64,000 nucleotides of DNA from Macrostomum lignano (lineage: Eukaryota). This document shows positions 1-11,632 of this stretch, piece by piece. The stretch lies in contig NIVC01001680.1 in the NCBI GenBank assembly GCA_002269645.1, positions 62,001 to 126,000 of the forward strand. The letters run 5' to 3'. The translations under genes and the position numbers were made by a program. How positions within the stretch are numbered: the stretch's first letter is position 1; each line of letters opens with the position of its first letter. The notes beneath the pieces are model-generated. The model searched no databases. It was not told the DNA's origin and saw nothing but the letters and a program-made list of their open reading frames with translations.

Positions 1-1002
1 GGCGGCTTGCAGACCTCCATGAGGTCCTGCGCAATCGCTTCAACGATATTAGAGTCCGAGCTGGCAGCAGCATCAGCCTTCCGCTTGCGAATCCGCGGCA
101 ACTTCTTCGGCGGCGGCATCGTCCTTGGCGCATCAGCAGCAGCAGTCGATACATTTGACTTGTCTGGCTCCCGGCTGGCGGACTCGGGCACTGCGGCTCG
201 CGGGCCATTGTTGTCCCTCTTGGCCAGGCGTAAACCTTCCATTTGGCGGGAGACTATGCGGAACATCTGCATGTCATGCACGCCTTCCATCAGCGCGGCA
301 GAGCGAAGGGTGAACAACACCTTCCACTTGTCGTTGGCACGAGGGCGGATTAAGCAAGCTGCCTGGAAGGTTAAATGATACAGTCCCGACCGATCGAACA
401 ACTCCGGCAGCTGAGCCTCGTAGTAAATCTTGTGCGTCAGATCCGCTAAGAATGTCGCACAGGCAACATTTGCACGCAGGCCGAGCCAGCTGGGCGGGGC
501 TGTTGTTCCGTCCTCCGGAATCTTTGCCTGGCGCACGAGTCCATGAGTGTCCCTCTGAGCCGTTAAAATTGCCTCAATCATTTTTTCGGCCGTTCTGAAA
601 AGCAAGCGACAGAGTTCCAAAATTGAAAAAAGTGGTTCAAAAATTAAGGAAAAGATAGTTACGTATTACAAATAACTTTAATTACCTGATGCATTCGAAT
701 GTGGTTTCACAGAACGTTTTTGTCGCGAATGTGACACTCATGCCCTCTCGGCGCCACAGCTCCGAGCCGCTGTCCGGACTGTGGCCTTCATTTCGGGTGA
801 TGCCGCGAAAGACCTCTACCGGCTTTGTGGTCTGAAAAACGAGCGGCAGCAGCTCCCGGCATGTAGAACTGGGTCTCCAGGCCAGAGTTCGCAGTCCGTT
901 TTCGTGTTTGTTCCACTTTTCTGCCCTGCCGAAGATAATTGCGGCATCCTTGCATTCGAGGGCCTCCTTCGAGACAATCGCAGCTTCAGGGAAGAACGCC
1001 AT
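1..1002 (-). CDS. Spliced ORF of unknown function, runs off the window start (exons 1002-686 and 594-<1)
   Basis: ATG at 1002. Exon ends ...TGC ATC AG|gtaatt at 686; an 89-nt GT-AG intron (685-595) ends ttgcttttcag. AG+A restores frame into an ORF with no stop down to position 1 (…RTAEKMIEAILTAQRDTHGLVRQAKIPEDG…KKLPRIRKRKAD…). TATATAAG-like motif about 50 nt upstream. No domain recognised. Confidence 0.55.
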
Positions 1003-1531
1003 CTCGGTCAGCCAGGTCGTTGTTGCTAGGCGGCTGTGGGACTAGTCCCTTATATAAGCCTCAGCAAATGGCATGCAGCTGTAGCCCGGATGAAAAAAAC
1101 AACATTCCGCATGCTTTTACCAAAATGTCAAAGGGACAACCCGCGCCCAGATTTTTTTCAAGTTTTGCATGCAAGTAGCAAGACGAAAGTTTTATTCCTT
1201 TTAATGGCGAATGACAGTTGGTCTTCTAAATCCTGTAAATAGCAATGGCCTACTAATGGAAAGGGGGATGATAAATGCTGTCAAAGCTGAAACAGTTGGT
1301 GCCAAGGCTGAAAATGCCGCTAGGGGAACTGTGTCAGCTGTTGTGTAACTCTGTTGTGAAGAATAAAGACGGTAAATATAGCCAATCCTAAACAAAGAAC
1401 TTCACTTTCGATATAAGCTTAGACGGCAAGGGAGCTGTATCCGAGAGGATGCCGGATACACTCTAAAAAAGCGCAATCTCTATTGTATAGCAATATCAAT
1501 ATAGCTTAACTTCTTAAATTTTGTTTGAGTT

Positions 1532-2415
1532 ATGAGCGAGAATCTAAATCATTTCGGACGCGCTGCTGAAGCTGTTAACGACCCTAGACGGGGCCGTTCG
1601 CGTTCGCGAAATGGACACCATATAGATACTTTATATTTTAATAGTTCGTCGCAATTTCCGGAGTTTGACGAGTTTCCGGATGCCGACTACTTAAATGAAC
1701 TATGCCGGATCCCTGAAGAGGGTAAGTTTGGTACCTGCTTGGTTATGTTTTAATTTATCCTCATTGAAATAAACATCTAGTGTTGCGACTTTCCTCCGCA
1801 GATGCCATCAGTCCTGAACCGCAGGGTGATCATGGACGCTGGGCACCGTGGACGTGGGTGTCGAGTGCGTGGACGTGGGCGAGGGCCCTGTGGAGTAATG
1901 GCGCTGCGGGCGGAGACAGCGATGTTGAATCTAGCCTTCAAAGTGATTCTGGCGAGGATGTTCGACCGGCCCCTGCGATGCTAGAGTCTCCCGTCCTGGG
2001 CGAGGGTGCCGTGGGCGGTGGAAGCGCTGTGCAATCCGACTTGGAAAGCGAGCCTTCTAGACCAAGCGAGAGCGTCGCGGGGGGCGGCAGCCATCGTGAG
2101 ATTGGCTCCGTCGAGGCTCGTGTTTGTCGACAGTCACGGGATGGACCTAGCCGGAGCGAAGGCGCTATGAGCGGCGACAATCCTCGCTGGTACCCATTTC
2201 TTAACCATCGTCACGCATCTCACGTCTACGCCCGACATCGCCCTCTTGATGGGCGCGGGCATGGACGGGTGCGTAGTAACGGCGAGAATTGGGTAATCAT
2301 CGCCGAAGAGCCTTCGCTTTATGGTCCATTGCGCATACTAGTTAGAGAGAATATGCCTGGTCCGCCTATTCGACGGGCGAGTTTTGACTCGGACTCGGGC
2401 CTCTGTGAATTTTAA
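1532..2415 (+). CDS. Two-exon ORF (274 aa) of unknown function, Ser/Gly/acidic-rich (exons 1532-1721, 1781-2415)
   Basis: Donor GAG G|gtaagt at 1722, 59-nt intron, acceptor catctag|. G+TG joins the 1532 and 1780 ORFs in frame. AATAAA at 2512-2517. No recognisable domain. Confidence 0.5.
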
Positions 2416-3369
2416 GCATTGTGTTTACGCGCCCGCCTAATAACTAATAACGTTACAGCCGTTACAGAGAATGCAAGCCCGTTGCATTGAGCATGTGTGA
2501 ATGTATGTGAAAATAAATATTAATCGTTTCAGTGTTACTTCAATGCGTTTATAATATTTGTGCTGGGGGCGGGGGTGATAAGGAAAAGTCGTAAAACCCA
2601 CTGACTGCGAGAGGATGGGCTAGTGGATGAGAACGAGCCTCTAGCCTAAGAAGACGAAACGGACTAGCTGCAGTTAAGACAAAACGCTTAGAAGGAAGGA
2701 ATGATGCGAAAACTTGTAATTTTTGAACAAACTGGTATAGGGCGGGTGTGAGAGGCGAGCCTGGAAAAAGAAAGAAATCCAGATTTAAGACAAACCATAC
2801 TAAGCTTATTTTTTCCATCTGCGGATCAGTGCTAGTGCAACACGGTCTGAATTGGGAGGTGTTTGGTATTGGGACTTCAGCGTGGAGGCAAACATAACTG
2901 ATGCAGGGTGGCAGTGACTAGTCCTAATAGCAAATTGTTTCTGAAGATGCGCATGAACATTGAAAAGACTTCCAGAAACCCCAAGTTCTGTTGTGCTATC
3001 AGAACAAAAAAGAATCAGTTAAAGCGGAATTTCCCAGCTCCCGAACACGCGCGCCTTTAGCCAAAGCGTCGAACTACATCACTATAGCAAAGCAAAAGTT
3101 AGGAATCTAGGAGAGAGTGGCCGCGAGCCTAGCAATAAAGTGGTGGGGAAAAGTGGTGGGGACGAGATTAGGCAAACGCGCCTGGGTAGGATAGAAATTC
3201 ATCGTCTAGTGGCTGGGACTTCCTATTGGTTTTGCTATGCAAAAACAGGCTATGCGTGTATCCCCATTGAACTAGTGCTTGGAACTTCCTATTGATTTCG
3301 CCATGTAAAAACGAGCTATGGGCGTAAAAAACGCTTACTACTTACGTAGCAGCGCTCATCAGCATTAGC

Positions 3370-5390
3370 CATTAGCTGAATGCTTTCAGGTTCAGACTTA
3401 GTAAGCGAACCTCAACCTCAGCTCACAATCGGCTCTACTGTTGGGACAGACAGATGAACCTTTCTGATTGCCTTTCATTATGCATGAGAAACGCGTGCAC
3501 AGCTCAGTAAGGGAACGGAAAGGGGGGGGGGCTTGGCAGTATATATTTTTGATCCAGTTGCTGCGCACAGGCCATTGAGACCCTCTCTCTATTCTCGGTG
3601 TAATAATAGAGGCAGAGATTTTGCTCTTCCCTGCGTTACCAGGGTTTCCACAATATGACGGGCTCCGGACCATTCATGACCTCATCCCTCATTCCTCATC
3701 CCCTCATCCCTCATCCCTCATGGCCCTTATTCTACCCTGCTGCCTACAGGCTTGGCCGCAAAAAGTTGCAGGCAGCGCAGCACTGAAGCCCTTTGTATCT
3801 GCGCTTTCTATGGCCAGAGCCACTGTTGATAAAGAGCCCCGACAATAAAGCATGCTCTATCCTTTAGTCCTCAATTAAGCGCAAAATTTGAAACTACAGA
3901 GATAGGAGGTGAATTCAAGCCTACTTGAGGAAAACTGCATAAAGCGAGCCCATTTTATCGAACTCAGCCAGCGGGACCTGCGCTATGATCGATTTCACGA
4001 GGCAAACAACGCTTACGGGAAGAATTGCTGAGATGTGAAGGCTCACTGTGGACATAGCTGAGATATCAGGGCTCATGGAGGAGTTGCTGAGATGTCAAGG
4101 CTCATAGGGGGCATTGCTGAAATGCTTGACTCATGAGAGGCTGCTCGAATGCTTTGAGCCAAAGCTCATAGAGGATCCGATATCTCAGGCTAAATCGCGG
4201 GCTTTCAGGGCAGATGCTTTTATGCTTTAAAAATCAATTTTGTCTGAGAAATTACTAATGGTGACTGTACCAGGTCATGAAATACATTTACACGTAGTTT
4301 TATCAAAAAATTATTGCCATCCCAACGAGGGAAAGGTGCAGATTGTTAGAAAGTTACAAAAACTTTTATATATTTTAAGTGTTAAGCTGTGTAGATCAAA
4401 TGATAGAAAGAAATTTAGGACACAATAATTTTTATAATTATTCACTAACTGAGAAGAGGTAAACAGGCACAAGTTGGAGTTCATAAGCATCATAAGCATT
4501 AATTGTCGAAAATTAAAAATGAAGGACTCAAAAATATTTAAACAGGCAAGTACCAAGTACTGATAGAAACGTACGTTGCACTGCGGTACACAACAGTTTA
4601 TAGAACTACACTTTACGCTGTAGTAATTAAAGTGTAAATGTTTCATTGACCACGCTTTCAGTCGCATTGAAACGTTTCCTACAACATTTAAAAGAACTCA
4701 TTAAAAAATCAATTATATTATAAAATGATGGAGAGCAAAAGTACAGGTGCGCCTTAACTGGCCTCACACTGACAGGCAACAGAATTAGGCTTGTTACATT
4801 CGCTAGTGTGCTCGCGCTCAGTGCACTTCTTTACAAAGCCACTAGGAAAAGAAAAGTTTTCACGAACACTTCGATAGCAAAAGGTGCAGGTGCCGACGCC
4901 ATTGGGAATTTCCGGGACGACTTGATCCGTCTGTTGAACACCTGGAAACAGCTAATAGAGTGCAAAAGCCAGCAACTACCTACATGTTATAGTGCGCCTT
5001 AAATAGAAAAAACAAGAAATACAAGAGATTCGGCACGATCTCAACAATCGAGGCAAGCATTAGTGCAGACAAAACCAGTTAACTGTATTCCTCAGGACCA
5101 GCAACTACGAGCGTACGAGCTAAATGCAAGCTCTGAATAGAGAATTCACTGGTTTCACAAGAAATTCTCAATCCGAGATGCATTGCCAAGTGTCCCACAT
5201 GAAGCGATTTGTTCCAAAAAAAGTGGTCCATTAAAAATTTGTTAAAAAGAAATTGAAACTTGCACTGCGCATTTTGTATTAGAGTTTTCTAATCCATTTT
5301 TAACCCACTTCTCGCTGTTAAAAAGTGCCCATTAGACTAGCTTATAACGTGTCAAAGTGACATCCAGCGAGCTCCCAGCACTGCAAGTTG
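3370..5390 (-). repeat. Duplicated module, copy A (3' flank of FkbM copy 1)
   Basis: The reverse complement aligns by eye with 14758-16490 plus 18065-18990 and with 25585-26950. Example: 3960-3985 ccagcgggacctgcgc vs 16268 gcgcaggtcccgctgg. Another: 4920-4950 vs 14965 and 26005. Confidence 0.75.
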
Positions 5391-5392
5391 CA

Positions 5393-6544
5393 TCAGCCAT
5401 TCCTGGCAACTTGAGCCACAAAGTCGTTTCTGACCCACAGTCCGTCCCACTCGTTGAATGTAGCGATGTTCTGCACTTGGAAGCTCATGGACAGCAGAGA
5501 GAAGTTCCTCGAGGTCATGAAGTGCGTCACAAACTCGTAATGCTTAGACAATTGCGGTCCGTTACTGAGTTTTTTCCGCCAAAACTCCATCTGCAGCGCC
5601 ATGATGTTGAGCTCTCTAAACAGCTTCTCGCCAGTCTTCATGAACAGGTGCTCACCGGACTCGATGTCCATCTTGACGACCACATTCTTGGTGCCGATGT
5701 GCGCTCGAAGCTCGTCCGCTTTGACAGTGGTCACGGGAATCGTGTCCTCGATTAACTTCGTAACCTGCCGTTTCCAGTCAGCCAATCCGCCCGAGCCGCC
5801 TCCAACATTGCAATTCATGCCGTCAGCGTCCCAGCTGATCCGCTTGACCGCCACCTCGTCACTGATGAAGCCCCAGAAGAGCTTCAGCTTGTCGTCAAGC
5901 AACTTCAGCTGCTTCGCTGACATCTGCAGTCTGACCAGTGTGCGAATGTTTGCATCGATGGCCACCACGGGATACCCGAGCTCTCTGGCCTGCAGGCTGT
6001 AGATGCCAAGGTTGCTGCCGATATCGAGGAACGTCGCAGAGTTTTTCGGAAGCTTCTGTAACAGGTTGAGCATCGTCCGAATAGAGCCAATTTCCCATTC
6101 TCCGTTTTTTAGCAATTTCCCGGAAATCATGTCCTCCTTGCCGAAGGTGAATATCGGCATTCGGCCGCCGCCCATCGCTCGGGTCACATTGGCCACAGGA
6201 GACCCTTGTCTGACAATGGTGTACAACTGCTGCGGTAAGTTCCTGTTCAGCTCGCACAGGGGAAACTTGCCCCTGACTAACTGGTAGGCCGGCGTCTCCT
6301 GACACAGCCGGTGCTGCAGGCTGGGGTTCGTGAAGTCGACGTTTCGGAGCTCATTGAATGGAGGACAGTTTTTGATCATCTCGACATCGCTCAGTGTTGG
6401 TAGCGACTCTGCGGCGGCCAGGCCTTTGTTTCGAATGAGATGTACTTTTGAAGTGGCCAAAATTTTGGGCCACATTAGAAACGCCACCGCAAATAAAAAA
6501 ACTACAGCGCAGGCCAGCAGTACCAAATTATGCTTTGTTCTCAT
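5393..6544 (-). CDS. FkbM-family (Methyltransf_21) SAM-dependent methyltransferase with N-terminal membrane anchor, copy 1 (383 aa, intronless)
   Basis: Intact ORF. SAM-binding motif I FLDIGSNLG, acidic AIDAN, and the FkbM-type VVKMDIESGE motif. Short basic N-tail followed by hydrophobic LVLLACAVVFLFAVAFLMW. Confidence 0.88.
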   Translation of the reverse strand: MRTKHNLVLLACAVVFLFAVAFLMWPKILATSKVHLIRNKGLAAAESLPTLSDVEMIKNCPPFNELRNVDFTNPSLQHRLCQETPAYQLVRGKFPLCELNRNLPQQLYTIVRQGSPVANVTRAMGGGRMPIFTFGKEDMISGKLLKNGEWEIGSIRTMLNLLQKLPKNSATFLDIGSNLGIYSLQARELGYPVVAIDANIRTLVRLQMSAKQLKLLDDKLKLFWGFISDEVAVKRISWDADGMNCNVGGGSGGLADWKRQVTKLIEDTIPVTTVKADELRAHIGTKNVVVKMDIESGEHLFMKTGEKLFRELNIMALQMEFWRKKLSNGPQLSKHYEFVTHFMTSRNFSLLSMSFQVQNIATFNEWDGLWVRNDFVAQVARNG

Positions 6545-6641
6545 TGAATTGACTAGTGTGCAGCAGAGCAGAGTTAATTGCGTTTAGTTCTAGTTTAACT
6601 TCTTGAGATTTAGTGATTGGGACTCAGTGCTGGCAGTCCAG

Positions 6642-6649
6642 CTTATATG
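6642..6649 (-). promoter_or_regulatory. TATA-like CATATAAG about 100 nt upstream of FkbM copy 1
   Basis: GGATCTCAGTGCATATAAG. The same motif lies at a similar distance upstream of copy 2 (23326-23332) and copy 3 (28350-28357), although the surrounding sequence has diverged. Confidence 0.45.
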
Positions 6650-6889
6650 CACTGAGATCCTCAAATGAAAGCAGCCCCACCAAGATCGCCTGGCCAACTA
6701 GAATTGGTCCTCATTCAGAAGGCGGGTGCGCGAAAGAGTATGCACTATCGTACAGTTTAAAGTTTCTTCACTTGGGACTGGATGAAACAGAGTTCCAGGC
6801 CACCAGACTGTACGGATACAGAATATAGATTAGAGCTATGATTGGCACACGGTGTGCCATTCACACGCTTGCCGAGTGTTCCAACCCTC

Positions 6890-7270
6890 AGAATCATTAC
6901 CAGCTGAATCATTCCCGTGAGAATCATTCTCCTTCTGTATCATTCCTCCTGAGCACCATTCTCCCTCAGGATCATTCCCCTTCAAAATAGTTTGCCCCTC
7001 AGCGTCATCATCCTCAGACTTTTGTCCCTAGAATCGTTCCTCTTTAGGCTAATTTCTTATGAAATCATTCCCACATGTCTCCATTCCTCCTGAGCAACAT
7101 CTTCTGACTCTTAGCATCATTCCCTTCAGAATCAATCCCTCAGAATCGCCCCCCCCCTCAGCATCATTCCTCTCAACAGTATTCCCCAATGAGCACCATT
7201 CCCCCTCAGCATCATTCCTCTCAGCAGTATTACCCAATGAGCACCATTCCTCCTTAGCATCATTCCCCCT
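6890..7270. repeat. Degenerate tandem repeat (CATTCCTC/CCCCTCAG-rich)
   Basis: Recurring cattcctcctgagcaccattccccctcagcatc-like units. Confidence 0.6.
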
Positions 7271-7320
7271 CAGAAGTAATACGTTATTGAAATCACCAAA
7301 AGAACGAAGTGAACCTTCGT

Positions 7321-7436
7321 GGGAGGAGCAGCAGTTTCTGGTTGCTCAAACACGAGTGGGAGGAGCAGCAGTTTCTGGTTGCTCAAACACGAGTGGGAGG
7401 AGCAGCAGTTTCTGGTTGCTCAAACACGAGGGGAGG
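7321..7436. repeat. 37-bp tandem repeat, 3 copies
   Basis: gggaggagcagcagtttctggttgctcaaacacgagt repeated at 7321, 7358 and 7395. Confidence 0.9.
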
Positions 7437-8079
7437 CCACCAAAGCTTGAACTGTCATCAAATTGGCGCGGTGATTTTACTCGTAACACACCTAAATGCC
7501 CGTATCAAAAAATTGAGACGTGAATTTAGACTTTACTTGACCTACTTGACCAATGCGATTCCTGTTGACGTCATCAACACGCAAAAACACATTGAGAGCT
7601 GCACATTGAGATCAATGAAGTTTCGCGTCGTTTTCCCAAATGTGAACCAATTTCTGCGTTTGTAACCACCATTACTTACCGCGCTGAAGTAGACAGATCG
7701 CCAAACTTTTTTCCAAATTGCATACTGTGGCTGCTTACCACAAATTGCGTGCTGGGTAAAGCGTAGTAGTGCAAAGTTTTCGATGGAATTGTAATAAAGG
7801 CCCCATTTTTTACTTAATGCTTGTAGCTAACTTCTCAATGGTTTTTAGATCATCCGATCACGTGACTAGCGTTTTGCATGTCTAATGCATATTACTGTTG
7901 CGTAGCCGATTGTTTCACTACCGCGCTTAATTTGAAGTTTGGTTTATCTTTGTCTGGTTTATCTAACCCATGTAGCTGTATGCAAATTTTCAATAAATTC
8001 TATGGGGGGATTGTTGAAATGCTGTGGCTCATGGGGATTGCTGAAATGCTGTGGCTCATGGGGATTGTACCATGACCTT

Positions 8080-11056
8080 TGTGCCCGCTGGGCACTTATT
8101 CTTGCCTTTTAATGCCATAGACTACATTTAAGCCCGCTTGCAGGAGTCAAACTTACTTTAATTCAAATTAGCGGGCAGTTAATGACATTTAACGCCCGAT
8201 GGTCTATTTCAAACTTACTTTAATTCAAATTAGCGGGCAGTTAATGACATTTAACGCCCGATGGTCTATTTCAAACTTACTTTAATTCAAATTAGCGGGC
8301 AGTTAATGTCATTTAACGCCCGATGGTCTATTTCAAACTTACTTTAATTCAAATTAGCGGGCAGTTAATGACATTTAACGCCCGATGGTCTATTTCAAAC
8401 TTACTTTAATTCAAATTAGCGGGCAGTTAATGTCATTTAACGCCCGATGGTCTATTTCAAACTTACTTTAATTCAAATTAGCGGGCAGTCAATGACATTT
8501 AACGCCCGATGGTCTATTTCAAACTTACTTTAATTCAAATTAGCGGGCAGTTAATGACATTTAACGCCCGATGGTCTATTTCAAACTTACTTTAATTCAA
8601 ATTAGCGGGCAGTTAATGACATTTAACGCCCGATGGTCTATTTCAAACTTACTTTAATTCAAATTAGCGGGCAGTTAATGACATTTAACGCCCGATGGTC
8701 TATTTCAAACTTACTTTAATGCAAATTAGCGGGCAGTTAATGACATTTAACGCCCGATGGTCTATTTCAAACTTACTTTAATTCAAATTAGCGGGCAGTT
8801 AATGACATTTAACGCCCGATGGTCTATTTCAAACTTACTTTAATGCAAATTAGCGGGCAGTTAATGACATTTAACGCCCGATGGTCTATTTCAAACTTAC
8901 TTTAATGCAAATTAGCGGGCAGTTAATGACATTTAACGCCCGATGGTCTATTTCAAACTTACTTTAATGCAAATTAGCGGGCAGTTAATGACATTTAACG
9001 CCCGATGGTCTATTTCAAACTTACTTTAATTCAAATTAGCGGGCAGTTAATGACATTTAACGCCCGATGGTCTATTTCAAACTTACTTTAATGCAAATTA
9101 GCGGGCAGTTAATGACATTTAACGCCCGATGGTCTATTTCAAACTTACTTTAATGCAAATTAGCGGGCAGTTAATGACATTTAACGCCCGATGGTCTATT
9201 TCAAACTTACTTTAATGCAAATTAGCGGGCAGTTAATGACATTTAACGCCCGATGGTCTATTTCAAACTTACTTTAATGCAAATTAGCGGGCAGTTAATG
9301 ACATTTAACGCCCGATGGTCTATTTCAAACTTACTTTAATTCAAATTAGCGGGCAGTTAATGACATTTAACGCCCGATGGTCTATTTCAAACTTACTTTA
9401 ATTCAAATTAGCGGGCAGTTAATGACATTTAACGCCCGATGGTCTATTTCAAACTTACTTTAATGCAAATTAGCGGGCAGTTAATGACATTTAACGCCCG
9501 ATGGTCTATTTCAAACTTACTTTAATGCAAATTAGCGGGCAGTTAATGACATTTAACGCCCGATGGTCTATTTCAAACTTACTTTAATGCAAATTAGCGG
9601 GCAGTTAATGACATTTAACGCCCGATGGTCTATTTCAAACTTACTTTAATGCAAATTAGCGGGCAGTTAATGACATTTAACGCCCGATGGTCTATTTCAA
9701 ACTTACTTTAATTCAAATTAGCGGGCAGTTAATGACATTTAACGCCCGATGGTCTATTTCAAACTTACTTTAATGCAAATTAGCGGGCAGTTAATGACAT
9801 TTAACGCCCGATGGTCTATTTCAAACTTACTTTAATGCAAATTAGCGGGCAGTTAATGACATTTAACGCCCGATGGTCTATTTCAAACTTACTTTAATTC
9901 AAATTAGCGGGCAGTTAATGACATTTAACGCCCGATGGTCTATTTCAAACTTACTTTAATTCAAATTAGCGGGCAGTTAATGACATTTAACGCCCGATGG
10001 TCTATTTCAAACTTACTTTAATGCAAATTAGCGGGCAGTTAATGACATTTAACGCCCGATGGTCTATTTCAAACTTACTTTAATGCAAATTAGCGGGCAG
10101 TTAATGACATTTAACGCCCGATGGTCTATTTCAAACTTACTTTAATGCAAATTAGCGGGCAGTTAATGACATTTAACGCCCGATGGTCTATTTCAAACTT
10201 ACTTTAATGCAAATTAGCGGGCAGTTAATGACATTTAACGCCCGATGGTCTATTTCAAACTTACTTTAATGCAAATTAGCGGGCAGTTAATGACATTTAA
10301 CGCCCGATGGTCTATTTCAAACTTACTTTAATGCAAATTAGCGGGCAGTTAATGACATTTAACGCCCGATGGTCTATTTCAAACTTACTTTAATGCAAAT
10401 TAGCGGGCAGTTAATGACATTTAACGCCCGATGGTCTATTTCAAACTTACTTTAATGCAAATTAGCGGGCAGTTAATGACATTTAACGCCCGATGGTCTA
10501 TTTCAAACTTACTTTAATGCAAATTAGCGGGCAGTTAATGACATTTAACGCCCGATGGTCTATTTCAAACTTACTTTAATTCAAATTAGCGGGCAGTTAA
10601 TGACATTTAACGCCCGATGGTCTATTTCAAACTTACTTTAATTCAAATTAGCGGGCAGTTAATGACATTTAACGCCCGATGGTCTATTTCAAACTTACTT
10701 TAATGCAAATTAGCGGGCAGTTAATGACATTTAACGCCCGATGGTCTATTTCAAACTTACTTTAATGCAAATTAGCGGGCAGTTAATGACATTTAACGCC
10801 CGATGGTCTATTTCAAACTTACTTTAATGCAAATTAGCGGGCAGTTAATGACATTTAACGCCCGATGGTCTATTTCAAACTTACTTTAATGCAAATTAGC
10901 GGGCAGTTAATGACATTTAACGCCCGATGGTCTATTTCAAACTTACTTTAATTCAAATTAGCGGGCAGTTAATGTCATTAACTGCCCGCTAATTTTTGTT
11001 CCACTTTGTTAAGGACACAAATGTCTATGGCACAATAATAGTAATACCCATGCTTT
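8080..11056. mobile_element. Putative non-autonomous element carrying the 62-bp array (MITE or Helentron/HINE-like)
   Basis: Subterminal inverted repeats tgccatagactacattt (8113-8129) and aaatgtctatggca (11019-11032). Short hairpin gtgccc-gct-gggcac at 8081-8095. It appears to interrupt a partial copy of the 3370-5390 module (7985-8075 and 11060-11240). No TSD established. Confidence 0.4.
8149..10995. repeat. 62-bp tandem array (~46 units), each unit with an internal inverted repeat; ends in a perfect hairpin
   Basis: Unit caaacttactttaat(t/g)caaattagcgggcagttaatgacatttaacgcccgatggtctattt, with no spacers. Terminal 20-bp perfect inverted arms at 10955-10974 and 10976-10995. Confidence 0.97.
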
Positions 11057-11632
11057 GCGGGCGTTAATGAGAAATCCTCGGGCGCCTAAGAGAGGCGTCA
11101 AGGCTTATAAGATGTCAAGGTTTATGGTGAAGGGAATCGCTGAAATGCTCAAGAACATTATGCTTTATACATTTAGTTTAAACATTATTTTCCTCGATAA
11201 ACTAACAATAGTGACTGTACAAGGTCAAAAGCTACTTGTGATTTATTCAAAAGGCTTCTATTCCTTTCTTTGTTGACTCACCAATGGGGGACGCATGTGG
11301 CCTAGAAAAAATTCTACTCTCTTATTTTTCCATCAATTTCCCGCTCTGAATCAGCTAATTTCTATTTAAATGCAAGCTACGAGTACATTTATACCTGCTT
11401 ATGTTGTAGTTCCGCTAACCATAAGGCACTCGGCCCTGCATCAAAGTTGATCCCATTCATGCACAGTTGTTGCGAATTTCAACGCTAAAATATCAATTGT
11501 AAATCCCTTTACTTTCAGGTCAAAATTTTATTGTTGCTTTTTATTATAAAATTAAGATTTAGACAAGGTTATTATTTAATTTAATAATGTTATTTTTAGA
11601 ATTAATTTTTGTAAGTTCGCCTCTGCTTCACT

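Noticed and set aside
5357-6587. Overlapping and antisense ORFs within FkbM copies (also 23637-24335 and 28409-29561)
   Set aside because: Shadow ORFs of GC3-rich coding sequence, reproduced only because the paralogues are near-identical.
7540-7875. CCAAT, TGACGTCA and CACGTG motif cluster as a promoter
   Set aside because: Short motifs expected by chance, with no linked TSS evidence.
8149-10995. CRISPR array (regular palindromic repeats)
   Set aside because: Units are contiguous with no unique spacers, there are no cas genes, and the context is eukaryotic.
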